Positions 43,072 through 53,880 of a DNA stretch of 64,000 nt are shown here, piece after piece (position 1 is the stretch's first letter; every line of letters starts with the position of its first letter). Under the pieces are notes generated by a model. The model was not told the DNA's origin. It ran no database searches and saw only the letters and a list, made by a program, of their open reading frames with translations. The DNA is taken from positions 2,272,001 through 2,336,000 of the forward strand of contig OZ253449.1 in assembly GCA_965261345.1 (NCBI GenBank), read 5' to 3'. Position numbers and translations under genes: made by a program. The DNA is from Chloroflexota bacterium. Its GTDB lineage: Bacteria > Chloroflexota > UBA11872 > VXNJ01.

Positions 43072-44717
43072 AACCCCTAAACGTAGAGGACGGCTTAGTT
43101 ACACCACACCGTGGGACACGTCCTCGAACACACTCAGTCATTGGCCGGCAGCACATCGTTTAACGTGCAATTGCGTGCCGTCAACGCTGTCGGACCCGGG
43201 CCCTGGTCGGGTTCAATCACCGCCACAACCGGTGCCCGTGGTGGTGGTGGAGGTGGAGGTGGTGGCCGGCGTCCGCCTGAACCGGTCCTCCCGTCGATCG
43301 AATACACCCTCAAGGTGCTAGATAACCGCTTCGAGAAAGCACCGGGCAACCTCGACCTCCAACACAACATCCCCGACCTGGAGGTAACCCTCCCCAACGG
43401 GGAGGTGGTAACGGCCGATTTCCTGGGTCACTTCCTGGAAACTGGTGAGCTAACCCGCTGGGGCTATCCCACCTCTGAGGTCCTGGTACTAGAGGATGGG
43501 ACCCTGACCCAGTTCTACCAGCGCGGGGTGGTGGACTTCCACAACCTTGGATCCGGCTGGGTGGTGGAACGCCGCCTGGCCTGGGACTACGTCGGCGGTG
43601 GCGCCGGCGGATCGCCCGACCAGGGCGTAGAACCCGGAGTTACCAATCCCCACCCGGGCACCCTCCTGGGTCCCTGGGGCCACAAGGTCTCTGACTTTGC
43701 CATCGATGGAACCCAGATCGGCTTTGCCGGCTTCTTTAATTCCCTGGGCGGAGTTGGCGCCTTCGGTTTGCCCAAGACCGATGCCCGGGAGGATACCGGA
43801 GACCTGGGCACCTTAAGGGAACCAGACAAGACCCTGGGCTTTATCCGGCAGTACTTCCAGGCGGCAATCTTCCAGTTCAATGCGGCCGGTGCCATCGAAA
43901 TTACCCTGCTGGGCGATACCCTGCGCGGCGTTCTGGTGCCCAACTTTGCCGAGCATCCCCCATTTACCAGGGCAGAGCAACTGGTACGGGTGCAGGCATT
44001 TAAGCCCTACGCAATCCCGCAACTGGCCGACGCCTGAGGAGGTTCGCAAAAATCGCTGGCGTGGCCGATTCGTCGCCGCTTGGCGCCGGGGTACCGGCCG
44101 TGCAACGATTGCAACGAACGCGGATTTTGGGCAATAGACGTCGTTTTGACCGATGCCGGCCAAACACATGGCCCCGGTCCGGTCCAGACCCGGCTTTCGC
44201 GGCTGAGTCGTGATCTCGATTGCATGCCGAATTTACGCCACTGCGGGCCCCATAGACAGGGTCGGGCAGTGGCAAGAGCCGATCTTCAACCCCTACCGGA
44301 TGCGATCACCAGGCTTGATACCCGGTGGTGGGCAATGGCCAGCTCGTAGAAATTTTTCACCTGGTGCTTGTGGGCAGGATTTGTGCGTTTATCTATCAGA
44401 CGCCACATGGTGTTGCGCCGTTTTCCAACCCGCCCAATCATCGCGACCCGTGCGGCGCGGAATACAGCGACGATCCCCATGTACCGGCAATTTGGCGGGC
44501 CGGCAGTCAAGCTTTGGTTTGCGCCAACAAATTCAATCTGAAAACAGGTCCTCCGCGGACCGGCGGGGGGACTGAGAAAGCATTGTTCACGGTCACTTAA
44601 AGGTTTTTTTCCGTCACCAAGGGCCCACCGGCGAATGAGGCGGGTTCGCACGTTTTCTGACGGTATTCGCAATTGGCCTCATTTGGTAACCCCGGGGCGG
44701 ATCAATGAGTCGAATCG

Positions 44718-45035
44718 CTATTTCCACGCGGCGTCAATTGGCCAAATATTGCTGCTGCCCAGGGCCGCGCCCTCAATGCCATCGATTATGATGTCGGCGG
44801 TAGCATCGCGGAATTTGATGAAGTGGGGCGTTTCCAAATGGGCCTGGAAGGCGGCCTCGTCATCATACACCTCATAGAGCCAGACGCGATTTTCGTCGCC
44901 TGCATCTCGGATTACATCGAAGCGTCGGCAGCCCGGCTCATTGTTTACTGACCCCGTGGAGTCCGCAATGATTGCCTCAATGAACTGATCCGTGCAGCCC
45001 GGTTTGATCTGGATGGGTGCGAGTATCACGTACAT
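44718..45035 (-). CDS. Antibiotic biosynthesis monooxygenase (LsrG/QuMo-like)
   Basis: EPGCRRFDV, LYEVYDDEAAFQAHLETPHF. Confidence 0.9.
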   Translation of the reverse strand: MYVILAPIQIKPGCTDQFIEAIIADSTGSVNNEPGCRRFDVIRDAGDENRVWLYEVYDDEAAFQAHLETPHFIKFRDATADIIIDGIEGAALGSSNIWPIDAAWK

Positions 45036-45499
45036 CGGTTAATTTCCTTTCGCAAGTTGGGCCGTTGGCCCAGTCTTGGGTTTCCCTGGCCAAGCGTGGA
45101 CTCCGGGATATCGATGACCTAATGGCGCAAAGATCTCACCGGTGAGGGATCACCGCATTAAACCTACACAAGTCATCGCTTTTCTGGGTTCGGACATGTT
45201 TCTACCAAAACTGACCCGCATTTTTGCGACAACGATTGAACACCATTTCTGGACGTTGCAACGGCTCAGTCGAAGGAAGTATGGCGCTGGAATTACCCTT
45301 CGCACAGACAGTGCTGGCCACCGCCCCCAGGTTTGGACTTGAGGCCTCGCGTACCGGGGTGTTCGAAGCTGCTGGCCGGCGCTGGGGTGATTCCGCGCTC
45401 TCCCAGTCCGGCTCGCGGCGGGGTATGATTCACGTCTGGCAATTAATCCTGTTCGCTCCCTTAAACCGCAAGGACTGACAGAAGAAAGCAGGGACCGCA

Positions 45500-45973
45500 A
45501 TGGCAATCACACTAAAAGCGGGCGATGCAGCTCCGGATTTCGAGCTCACCGATCAGGACGGAAATCTGCATTCGCTTGGCAAATACTGGGGAAGCACGGT
45601 CGTCCTCTACTTTTACCCCCGCGACGACACACCAGGTTGCACGACGCAGGCCTGTTCATTCCGAGATGCGCATGATGAAATCGCCGCTGAGGATGCGGTC
45701 GTGCTTGGAGTCTCCGTCGACGACGCGGATTCGCACCAGCGCTTCCGTGAGAGCCATGGACTCCCATTCCCGCTGCTAGTCGACGAAGAGGCGATGGTCG
45801 CCAAAAGGTACGGCTCCTGGGGTGAGAAAGTACTTTACGGTCGTCGGTTCGTGGGAATGACGCGTTCAACTTTCATAATCGGCCCCGATGGTCGACTGAC
45901 CAAGGTGTGGAAACGGGCCCGCGCGGCAGAGCACGGCGAAGCGGTGCTCAAGGCCATCCGCGCGTCCGCTTAA
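45500..45973 (+). CDS. bcp: Thioredoxin-dependent thiol peroxidase (BCP/PrxQ)
   Basis: VLYFYPRDDTPGCTTQACSFRD, RSTFIIG. Confidence 0.95.
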   Translation: MAITLKAGDAAPDFELTDQDGNLHSLGKYWGSTVVLYFYPRDDTPGCTTQACSFRDAHDEIAAEDAVVLGVSVDDADSHQRFRESHGLPFPLLVDEEAMVAKRYGSWGEKVLYGRRFVGMTRSTFIIGPDGRLTKVWKRARAAEHGEAVLKAIRASA

Positions 45974-46650
45974 TTGGAGGGGCAACTCGGCTCCACGAAC
46001 GTTCAATAGGCACAAACGGCCGTACGCTGCGGACCGCGCGCCGCCGCCCACCATCCAGTGATCGTTATTGGCGATAGTTCCGTCTAAGAGTTTGCCGATG
46101 GAGCAAGAAGCCGTTTTGACTACGAAATGTTGTTCGCGGACATTGAGAAGTGCCCGCCGGCGGACATGTATCTCTGCACATAGGTGGCCAACAAACTGCC
46201 CATGCGTGGGCAGTTTGTTGAAGGCGCCGCGACCGGCCTGATTTCTCTAATTGGACGCCCTGCCGCAGGCTGATCCGAACACCTCCTCTCCGGCGGCGGC
46301 GTCAGTTGTTCCTACCCCGATTTTGGCCAAAGCTGCCCGCCACAAACCGGTTTGCGCCAAGGGTCCGGGGTCACAACCGCCCGTCAGAACCGCTGTATGG
46401 GCCTCCTGGCGGCCATGCTTTTTGCAGATGTTGTCTATATCGACTGAATTGGGGGCCGCATGGCGTCAATCGGCCCGCAGCGGCGGGGGCGCTTTTCCCG
46501 CATTCGATTTCCGGGCGGGCAGGTTGAGGCGGCCTGCCGTGGCGCAGACCGTCCAATTTGCCCGCATGCACGGCAGCGGCCCGGATCCGGTATTGGACGG
46601 GGCCGCTGCAATCGTTACCGCGACGAGCATTTCATCACTTCGGGCAAGGG

Positions 46651-47418
46651 TTATCCGGTCAGCGGCGCCACTCCTTGCCCGGCCATCGCCTGGGTTAAGC
46701 GAATGCTCTCACCCGAGGTCGGGTGGGCATGGGCGTGGTGGAGTAGTCTGTCCACGGTCGCATTGGCCAGTGATTTGGGCAGGATCTCGTCAAAGCCCGA
46801 CGGATGCAAGTTCGAGGAGACGGCCACCGAGCGCCGTTCGTAGGCGGCGTCAACTACCCGGAAGAACGCCTCGGCGGTCTCCTGGCCTACCGGCAGCAGC
46901 CCGATGTCGTCGATGACGATCAGGTCCGCCTTCAAAAGCTTTCTTACCGCCCTGCCGACCGAGTCATCGACCCGGTGGCGCTTGACCAGCTGTCCCAGCT
47001 CTTCCAGCGCGAACCAGGACACCCGGTAGCCGCGCTCTACCGCCAGTTGGCCGAGAGCCTCCAGGAAATGGGACTTGCCGGTACCGGACGGACCGTATAG
47101 GACCACGTTCTCTTTGCGTTCTATCCATTCCAGGGTCATAAGCGATCGCCGGGTGGGTTCGGGGATCGAGGAGAGCTCGCCGTCCCAGCTGTCAAGCGTC
47201 TTCCCTGAGGGAAACCCGGCCGCCTTGCGGCGCAGCTCCCGCGACGAGGCCGCCCTCCCGGCGATCTCCTCGTCCAGGAGCGCCTTCAGCGCCTCGGCCG
47301 GATCCCAGCGCTGCGACTTTGCGGTCCTAAGCAGCTCCGGGGCGGCCTTTCGCATGTGCGGCAGGCGCAGGGTGCGCAGCTGGCCCACCACCTCGTCGAT
47401 TACCTGTGGGGGCCTCAT
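46651..47418 (-). CDS. istB: IS21 helper ATPase
   Basis: GPSGTGKSH, IVIDDIG, VDRLLHH; ATGA overlap with istA. Confidence 0.95.
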   Translation of the reverse strand: MRPPQVIDEVVGQLRTLRLPHMRKAAPELLRTAKSQRWDPAEALKALLDEEIAGRAASSRELRRKAAGFPSGKTLDSWDGELSSIPEPTRRSLMTLEWIERKENVVLYGPSGTGKSHFLEALGQLAVERGYRVSWFALEELGQLVKRHRVDDSVGRAVRKLLKADLIVIDDIGLLPVGQETAEAFFRVVDAAYERRSVAVSSNLHPSGFDEILPKSLANATVDRLLHHAHAHPTSGESIRLTQAMAGQGVAPLTG

Positions 47419-48905
47419 CGGTCGCCTCCGGTTGCGCCGAAGTCCTGCCAGCGGCCGGTGCCGTCCTGCAGGAACGAGTCCTCGGACGCCTGGTACAGCG
47501 GTCCGCTCGAGGCGGCGGCGATGGAGGCGATGTCGCCGAAGCCGAAGCGCCCCACCTCCGACGCCACCCCCAGGGCGGCATCGATTGCCTCACAGCCGTC
47601 AAGGCGCGAGAGTTCGACTATCTCCTCGAGCTTCTCCTTCAGCCGGGCGGCACCGGCCGCGCAGGCGGCCCTGAGCCATACCGCCGCGCCGGGGCCGATG
47701 GCCAGGAACTCCTTCTCTACCTGGTTGCGCGGCCTTGGCCGGCGTGCCAGCGGTCCCGACGGAGTCTTCGGATAATGGCTATCGACAACTACCCGCTGCC
47801 CGCGGCCGACCTTCCGGTGTCGGGCCACCTCGATGACGCCGTGATCGGTCTCGGCGCTCACGATCACCATAGCGCCGCGTTCGCGCACCCAGACGATCTC
47901 CTCGCTATAGATGTGCGGCACCGAGTACCAGGCCGATCGCCAGGCCACCAGGGAGGTGTCGGAGACGGTGCGGGTCTTGCCCAGGGCGACGCTGAAGACG
48001 CGGTTGGGCAGAGGGTGCAGGGAATCACGTTCGATTGCGAGCATTTCCATCGGGGGGCGTTTGGTGATCGAGTGCTCACGGGTGTTAACGCGCCGCATGA
48101 ATTCATCGCAGGCGTCGGCCAGCTCGTTCCAGGACGAGTACTCCGGCAACAGGTTGTGATCGGTGGGGACAAGATCGGCCTTGGCGATTTTCACGGTCGC
48201 CTCGGAACCGCCCTTCGTGGCCGGATCCGCTATCTGGCAGGTGGCGATCGCGCAGCCGTGGAAGCGCCCGAACTTGACCATCAGCGGGTGTCTGACGGCG
48301 ATGCTGGCCACGAATTCTTTGGAGACGGTCTTCTCGTTGTCGGTGAGCCAGTTGGAGGGCACGCCGCCGAACCAGGACTGGGCCTCGGCGAGGCAGCCGA
48401 TCAGGGTCTCCAGTCGGCGGTCCCGGGTCGGCAGTACCACCCGGTACCTTGACCAGGACAGCCAGACGCAGAAGAGGTTGCTCGCCTCCCTGTTTACCGG
48501 CGGCCCCTTGGCCCAGTCCCACTGCGCCCACTTGCCCGGTTCGGTTATCCAGGGCCGAAATACCCGGCGGTTTTGCTTTTTGTAGGCCTGCTTGGCTTTT
48601 GCCACCGCCCGGCGGGTGGTGCGTTCAGAGCCCGTGTAACCCAGCTTCATGAGTCGTTGGTGGCACTTGTCGGCCCTTATCCGGCCGCGCGATTGTTGCA
48701 CCAGGTCGTCGATAAGGGGGCGGTGGGGGTCGATGAGCGATAACCGGGGCCGGCGCACCGGTTCTCCCAATTGGCCCAGCGCGCGCTTTTGCACGTAGCT
48801 GGCCACGGTGTGGTGCGAGCAGCCGCATTCTTGGGCCGTGGCCCTAAGTGAAAGGGTGCGATCGTAGACCTTGAGAATCCGCATTACTTCCTCCGAAGAT
48901 TTCAT
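47415..48905 (-). CDS. istA: IS21 transposase
   Basis: N-terminal HTH, AQWDW, LTDNEKT, KGGSEATV. Confidence 0.95.
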   Translation of the reverse strand: MKSSEEVMRILKVYDRTLSLRATAQECGCSHHTVASYVQKRALGQLGEPVRRPRLSLIDPHRPLIDDLVQQSRGRIRADKCHQRLMKLGYTGSERTTRRAVAKAKQAYKKQNRRVFRPWITEPGKWAQWDWAKGPPVNREASNLFCVWLSWSRYRVVLPTRDRRLETLIGCLAEAQSWFGGVPSNWLTDNEKTVSKEFVASIAVRHPLMVKFGRFHGCAIATCQIADPATKGGSEATVKIAKADLVPTDHNLLPEYSSWNELADACDEFMRRVNTREHSITKRPPMEMLAIERDSLHPLPNRVFSVALGKTRTVSDTSLVAWRSAWYSVPHIYSEEIVWVRERGAMVIVSAETDHGVIEVARHRKVGRGQRVVVDSHYPKTPSGPLARRPRPRNQVEKEFLAIGPGAAVWLRAACAAGAARLKEKLEEIVELSRLDGCEAIDAALGVASEVGRFGFGDIASIAAASSGPLYQASEDSFLQDGTGRWQDFGATGGDR

Positions 48906-49242
48906 ATGGCGATTCCGGTTGCCGCTGGAGTTGAGAAACCAGCTAAGTCAAACCGGGGCAGCCTCCGCCGGGGGCCCGTCAGGGTTTCCGGCGGGTTACT
49001 AGATCAGCGAGAAATCAGGTCGATTAACGGTTCCTTCGTGGTCGCTTTTGGGCAGTTTTACGTGGCCGCAGGATCGTTAGGGCGGGCAATTCCGTGGCCG
49101 CCAATGGGCGATCTTTCGTGTCCGCCCACAAATGTTCTAGATGCGGCCATCGTCAGGCTGCGTAGGTTGATCGATTGCGGATGGAAATGCGCAGTTACAC
49201 GTTGACCGGCAGCGCCCGCTGGCGAGGTAGTGCCAAGATACG

Positions 49243-50058
49243 CTAGGTCGCTTGCGCCAGGCAGCCCCGGATGTAGCGGGCGGTCTCCCGCAGCGTTTGA
49301 TCGCGTGGCTCGGCAACACTGCACTCCAGCGCTCCGTAGCCCTCGTAACCGATGTCGCGCAGCGCCCGGAAGCCGCTGACAAAATCAGTGTGCCCGCGTC
49401 CGGGGACCTGGCGATTGCTGTCGGCAAGGTGAATATGCCGTACGTGTCGCGCGGATCCTGTCAGGCTGGCTGCGATATCGGCTTCCTCAACGTTCATGTG
49501 GAAAAAGTCGGCCACCAGCTTCAAGCCGGGACTCCCCACCTCATCGCAGATCGATGCCGCTTCGGCCAGGTTTTGAGGGAAGTTGGATTCATAGCGGACC
49601 AGCGGCTCGATCAGGATGCACACGCCCAAGTCAACCGCCTCCTGCGCCAGCGGTCGCATGATCGCTACCAGCAATTCGCGTTGTAGCTGCTCGGTTGTGG
49701 CGTAGGGCTCAAGGCTAGGGATCCGAGGATCACGGTTAAACAGCGGGACCACAACACAGCCGATTGCTCCGATGCTGGCGGCTAGGTTGAGCACCTGGCG
49801 GAGCTGCTGGACTGCGGCCTTGCGATTGGCCTGATCGCGGTGGACGAACTGGGCGCTGGTCCCGCCACAAATCGTGCTCGCCTGGATCGGACTATCGGCC
49901 AGGGTGGACTTGATCTCGTCCACGCGCGAGGGCAATCGGCCGTCGAAGCCGGTCACCTCCACGCCGTCGTAGCCCCACGTGACCAGATTGGCCAGTCGAT
50001 CAGCGAACGTATTGCCGGGTACTAAGTGTTCCTGACAGGACAGCTTCATCGTTGGCAC
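49243..50058 (-). CDS. Sugar phosphate isomerase/epimerase (D-tagatose 3-epimerase-like)
   Basis: IEPLVRYE, DFFHMNVEE, HIHLADSNR, GALEC. Confidence 0.9.
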   Translation of the reverse strand: MPTMKLSCQEHLVPGNTFADRLANLVTWGYDGVEVTGFDGRLPSRVDEIKSTLADSPIQASTICGGTSAQFVHRDQANRKAAVQQLRQVLNLAASIGAIGCVVVPLFNRDPRIPSLEPYATTEQLQRELLVAIMRPLAQEAVDLGVCILIEPLVRYESNFPQNLAEAASICDEVGSPGLKLVADFFHMNVEEADIAASLTGSARHVRHIHLADSNRQVPGRGHTDFVSGFRALRDIGYEGYGALECSVAEPRDQTLRETARYIRGCLAQAT

Positions 50059-50337
50059 CGCTCTGGGTTAGGTCGCAATTATTGTCCGGCAATTTCTGGC
50101 GTCGCTCGCGGCAAATCCATCGGCATGCGCCGCTGTCATCGCATACGCTGGCAATTGACTCTGCTCACCGGAGATTAACGCGCTCCGGGTAGCAGCACTC
50201 CCTGAGTTGGTTCAGGATCATTCGCAGGCCAAGCGGGCGAGGGCGCAAGGAAGTTCTCGCGCCGTCCGGTGCAGGGTTTTGCGATGGGCTTGTATATACC
50301 CCTAGGATTAATTGCCCTGTCGAAATTTAGCGGTTAC

Positions 50338-51081
50338 ATGAAAAAAATCAACGATACCCTGGTCAAAGATGCGGTTCGGCAGGCGTACGGCCAACTGGCG
50401 CGCCAATCTGATGCCTCACCAGACAAATGCTGTGAGCCGGCACCGTCGCGCCTCTACTGCGGGGGCGAAACCGAGGGACTTCCCGATGGCACCATTGCGG
50501 CTTCAGCCGGGTGCGGGAACCCGCACGCGATTGGAACCCTGCGCGAAGGGGAAACGGTGGTCGACTTCGGCAGCGGCGGCGGAATCGACTGCTTCATTGC
50601 AGCCCGCGCGGTGGGTCCCCGCGGCCGCGTGGTCGGCATTGACATGACCGCCGACATGGTTGATCTGGCCCGCAAAGGCGCCAACGAGGCCGGTCTGGAA
50701 AATGTCGAATTCCACCTCGCCGAGATGGAGGCCACGCCGCTGGCGGATGCCTCCGTGGATGCGATCATCACCAACTGCGTAATCAATCTGGCCCCTGACA
50801 AGGACCGGGTTTTCGCCGAGGCCTTCCGCATCCTTCGGCCCGGCGGTCGACTGATGATCTCCGACCTGGTGCGGACCAGCGAGGATCCGGCCGATGCGGC
50901 CGGATCGCTCGACGACTGGGTCTCCTGCCTTGCCGGAACCGAGCCGCGCGAGGTCTACCTGCGGCGGATTCGTAACGCCGGTTTCGAGCCGGTGGAGGTA
51001 ATGGCTGCTGAACCCTGGCGCAGCGAGCGCTGGCACGGAACGCTGGAGAGCGCCAGCATCATCGCTGGCAAACCCGAATAA
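50338..51081 (+). CDS. arsM: Arsenite S-adenosylmethionine methyltransferase
   Basis: KCC, GCGNP, DFGSGGGIDC, NCVINL, WVSCLAG. Confidence 0.88.
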   Translation: MKKINDTLVKDAVRQAYGQLARQSDASPDKCCEPAPSRLYCGGETEGLPDGTIAASAGCGNPHAIGTLREGETVVDFGSGGGIDCFIAARAVGPRGRVVGIDMTADMVDLARKGANEAGLENVEFHLAEMEATPLADASVDAIITNCVINLAPDKDRVFAEAFRILRPGGRLMISDLVRTSEDPADAAGSLDDWVSCLAGTEPREVYLRRIRNAGFEPVEVMAAEPWRSERWHGTLESASIIAGKPE

Positions 51082-51128
51082 TAGCGGCCCCAAGGCGTGG
51101 GCGGCAATAACGACCGGAGTGCCGAGGC

Positions 51129-52290
51129 TTACTTTGCCGATGCAGATGAAGTCGACCGACAACCCTTCGCGCCAGGCATGCTGCGACCCATAGGGCTCCT
51201 CGCCGGCCAGGAGCAGCCCGCGCCCGTGGCGCTGATTGGTGGTCCGGGGAAGGTCGTTGGCACGAAGTTTTCGGTATCAAGCGGGCCGGAGAGCTCAGCC
51301 CGCAGCCGTGCAACGCCGCTGCCATCAAAAACCGAGAAGGACGCGCGCCGGGAAATCCCCAGCCGGTCCAGATCGGAATCGGAGAGCGCCAACCCCAGGC
51401 CGGGTTGTTTCACCAACAGGATGGCCGGCATTCCCACCCGCGCGATTAGGTCGGCGATCAATTGATCGGGCTCGGCAAGCTGCCGCGGGCCGTCGACCAG
51501 GAAAAGGGCCAGGTCGGCCCGGCCTCGCCGAGCGCGCGCTCGGTGCGCGCGATTCGCTCAGACTCGGTTGCCCCGGGCCCGGACCTTACCTCGGCGGTAT
51601 CAGATAGCACCACCATCAGGCCGTCGTCGTGAGTGGTTCCTCCAGGGCATCGCGGGTGTCCCGGCCTCGACGATAGCGATCGCAAGGTTGCGTCCCAACA
51701 GCAGATTCATGGTCGAATATTTGCCGGCGTCGGGGGCGTCCACCAATGCTTTGCGCAGACCTGCGCCCAGCAGTTGGCCGGTATCTGACCTCGCCGAAGC
51801 GGCGGCGACCTCAGTCTGCGCCGTCGCCAGCATCTCCCTCCTAATCGTCTCGTGCGTAAGCGACGAGACATCGTCTTCGGCCAAATCGATCTCGGCCTCC
51901 AGCGGTGCGCGCGGGTCGATCAGCCGTCTCGGGATTGCGTGCACCCGACCTGTCGACGATCCGCCCAACAGCGCGCGCCTACTTTTGCGAGAGGTAATTG
52001 GGCGCGGCCACCATGTCGGGCACCGCCCCGGGGCGGACCAGATCAAGGCGCCCGCTCAAAATAGCGTGCACCGTAATTTCACTCGGTTCGGCCGGCCAGC
52101 GAGATGATCGAAATATGCGGGTGCGGCGCCGACGTCGTGGTCGAACTGGAAGGCAAGCCGGGTGGACTGAAACTGGCTGCTGACATGCTGCTGCGCTGGC
52201 GCGCGGCGTCTCTCCAAAGGAAATGATCGTGACCAATCGTCTCCCGCTGGATCGCATCGGCGATTGCGGCGTTGTTGTCCCGGGCGCCTG
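51129..52290 (-). pseudogene. mnmE: tRNA modification GTPase MnmE, heavily degraded
   Basis: Collinear fragments DNNAAIA, LEAEIDLAEDD, GQLLGAGLRKALVDAPDAGKYSTMNLLLG, PGGTTHD, LSDTAEVR and C-terminal ICIGK. Confidence 0.85.
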
Positions 52291-52805
52291 AGCGTTGGCC
52301 AGGAAACGCTCCCGAGGGTCGCGGCGGTCCCGATTCCATTTATCTTGACAATTTCGGTAAAGAATCGAGCCGAGCGCTGATTGCAATCAACCCGCACGCA
52401 CGCCACGGGGTGGCGGCGCTGGTAGATCATGCCCAGGAGGCACCGCAAATACGCCGCGCCCAGGCTATTGCCGGGCGCCAGCGCGTACCGCCCAGCATTC
52501 TGAGTCCGGTGCTTGGCTTCGCAGGTGCGGTCCGGGCTCGTGCGCTCGCGGCGCCAACGGCGGCTACCAGCTGGCGGTCGCCTCCACCGGTTTAACCCTC
52601 GATCGAATCCTCTTCTAGCTAGGCATGGAACCGCCCGGGAACGGTTGCATCGGCATGGAAAAGGCCGAACAGACGGCGCTGGTGGCGATGCCCCGAACCA
52701 ACCTGGCCGACCTGGCGCTGCAGAGTGCCAGCGACGTTGCCGGCTGCCAAATCTAGTCGGGCGCCGCTCGGAAGAGAGCGGGGTCAACCCAGCGACGATC
52801 AGCTT

Positions 52806-53540
52806 TTAAGGGTAAGCCTGCACCGCCGGGGTGATCACCAGCTCCGGGATCGCTGCACGCGGGTGCAACGTCGCGACAAACAGCGCCGCGTCGGCCACAT
52901 CCTCGGGTTGGAGCATGAGCGCCCGGCTTTCGGAAGAGGGAACGATCGACCTTTTCTCCAGAAACGGCGTATCCACTTCGCCCGGATTGATGACGCAGCA
53001 TCTAATGCCGTTTGCCCCTTCCTCCAGGTGACCGGTCAGACTCAGTGCGCGAACGCCATGTTTGCTGGCCCCGTAAGCAGCTCCAGTGACCACCGATGCA
53101 CGAAGTCCCCCGACCGAAGAAACCGTTATTACCACGCCGTCCCCACGTTCGCGCATACCAGGCAGAACCGCCTGCATCAGGTAAAACGGCGCATTCAGAT
53201 TCACCCGCACGACGGCGTCAAAGTCCTCGCGGCTAACTTTGGCGAGCGCGCGGTCGGTCACGTTGATTCCGGCATTGTTGACCAGGATGTCGATTTGCGG
53301 CAATCGATCGATCGCCCAGGCGACTAAGCCGTCGACCGCGCTTGCATCACCTATGTCGGCGGGGTAGGGATGCAGCCGCCGGCCGACCGTGTCGGCGCTA
53401 GCTTTCGCCCGTTCCAGTTTTTGGGGCGTTCGCCCGACCGTGACGACCTCGGCACCCTCACTTGCAAATAGCCGAGCCACGGCTTGGCCGATTCCGCTCC
53501 CCGCGCCGGTCACGATCACGCCCTTCCCTTCAAGTTTCAT
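52806..53540 (-). CDS. Short-chain dehydrogenase/reductase
   Basis: TGAGSGIG, NNAG, YGASK, PGEVDT, LQPEDVA. Confidence 0.9.
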   Translation of the reverse strand: MKLEGKGVIVTGAGSGIGQAVARLFASEGAEVVTVGRTPQKLERAKASADTVGRRLHPYPADIGDASAVDGLVAWAIDRLPQIDILVNNAGINVTDRALAKVSREDFDAVVRVNLNAPFYLMQAVLPGMRERGDGVVITVSSVGGLRASVVTGAAYGASKHGVRALSLTGHLEEGANGIRCCVINPGEVDTPFLEKRSIVPSSESRALMLQPEDVADAALFVATLHPRAAIPELVITPAVQAYP

Positions 53541-53629
53541 CGCTCTGCTTTCAATAGGCTCATTTGGCAATATAACCCCGTATCTTGGCCGCCGCGGACT
53601 CCGTCCAAACCGTCCGCCTAGAGCATCCT

Positions 53630-53880
53630 GCCCGCCGCGCGCTGCGGCGGCGTATATCGCCTGCGAGATTTGGTGGTTCGCGACCGGGAGGCCGGCGGCG
53701 GGGCGCTGATCGATATCGGCATGCACATCTTGGGCCTGACCATGTGGCCGATGGGATCCCCCAAACCGGTGAGGCTCGACCTTCGATTACTTCGGCCGTC
53801 GCGACGACATCTACAACCCCTCTGGCCCGCACTACCACGCCGAATTCGATGTTGAAAAATCGGCGTTGCCTGCATCAAAT
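53630..53880 (+). pseudogene. Gfo/Idh/MocA oxidoreductase remnant
   Basis: ALRRR..., AGGGALIDIGMHILGLTMWPMGSPKPV and EFDVE in different frames. Confidence 0.7.

Larger units (their letters stand above)
41372..43123 (+). mobile_element. IS256-family element, copy 2 (1752 bp)
   Basis: Same IRs as copy 1; 8-bp TSD TCGAACAC at 41364-41371 and 43124-43131; only a handful of SNPs versus copy 1. Confidence 0.97.
34261..44037 (+). pseudogene. Giant kexin-like S8 protease/adhesin: signal peptide, 4 PPC-like repeats, S8, P-domain, 14 FN3, poly-Gly linker, C-terminal module; disrupted
   Basis: Triad IVDNG / HGTAVAG / GGTSASAP. 1-bp insertion at ~36307 (VFSAGN becomes VFFGR-stop) and IS256 in FN3 no. 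14. Removing both leaves 8016 nt, i.e. 2671 aa in one frame. Confidence 0.9.
46131..49130 (-). mobile_element. IS21-family element (3000 bp)
   Basis: TG...CA ends (TGTTCGCGGACA / TGTCCGCCCACA), subterminal repeats, 5-bp TSD AATGT at 46126-46130 and 49131-49135. Confidence 0.93.

Noticed and set aside
18776-43123. Composite transposon bounded by the two IS256 copies
   Set aside because: Each copy has its own distinct TSD on both sides (CGAGGCCA, TCGAACAC), so they inserted independently.
50290-50315. CsoR-like operator (TATACCCCTAGG) upstream of arsM
   Set aside because: Only half of the expected palindrome is present.
52380-52540. Possible jag/khpB remnant upstream of the mnmE pseudogene
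   Set aside because: The position fits and LLGMIYQRR...VRVD is suggestive, but similarity is too weak to call without a search.
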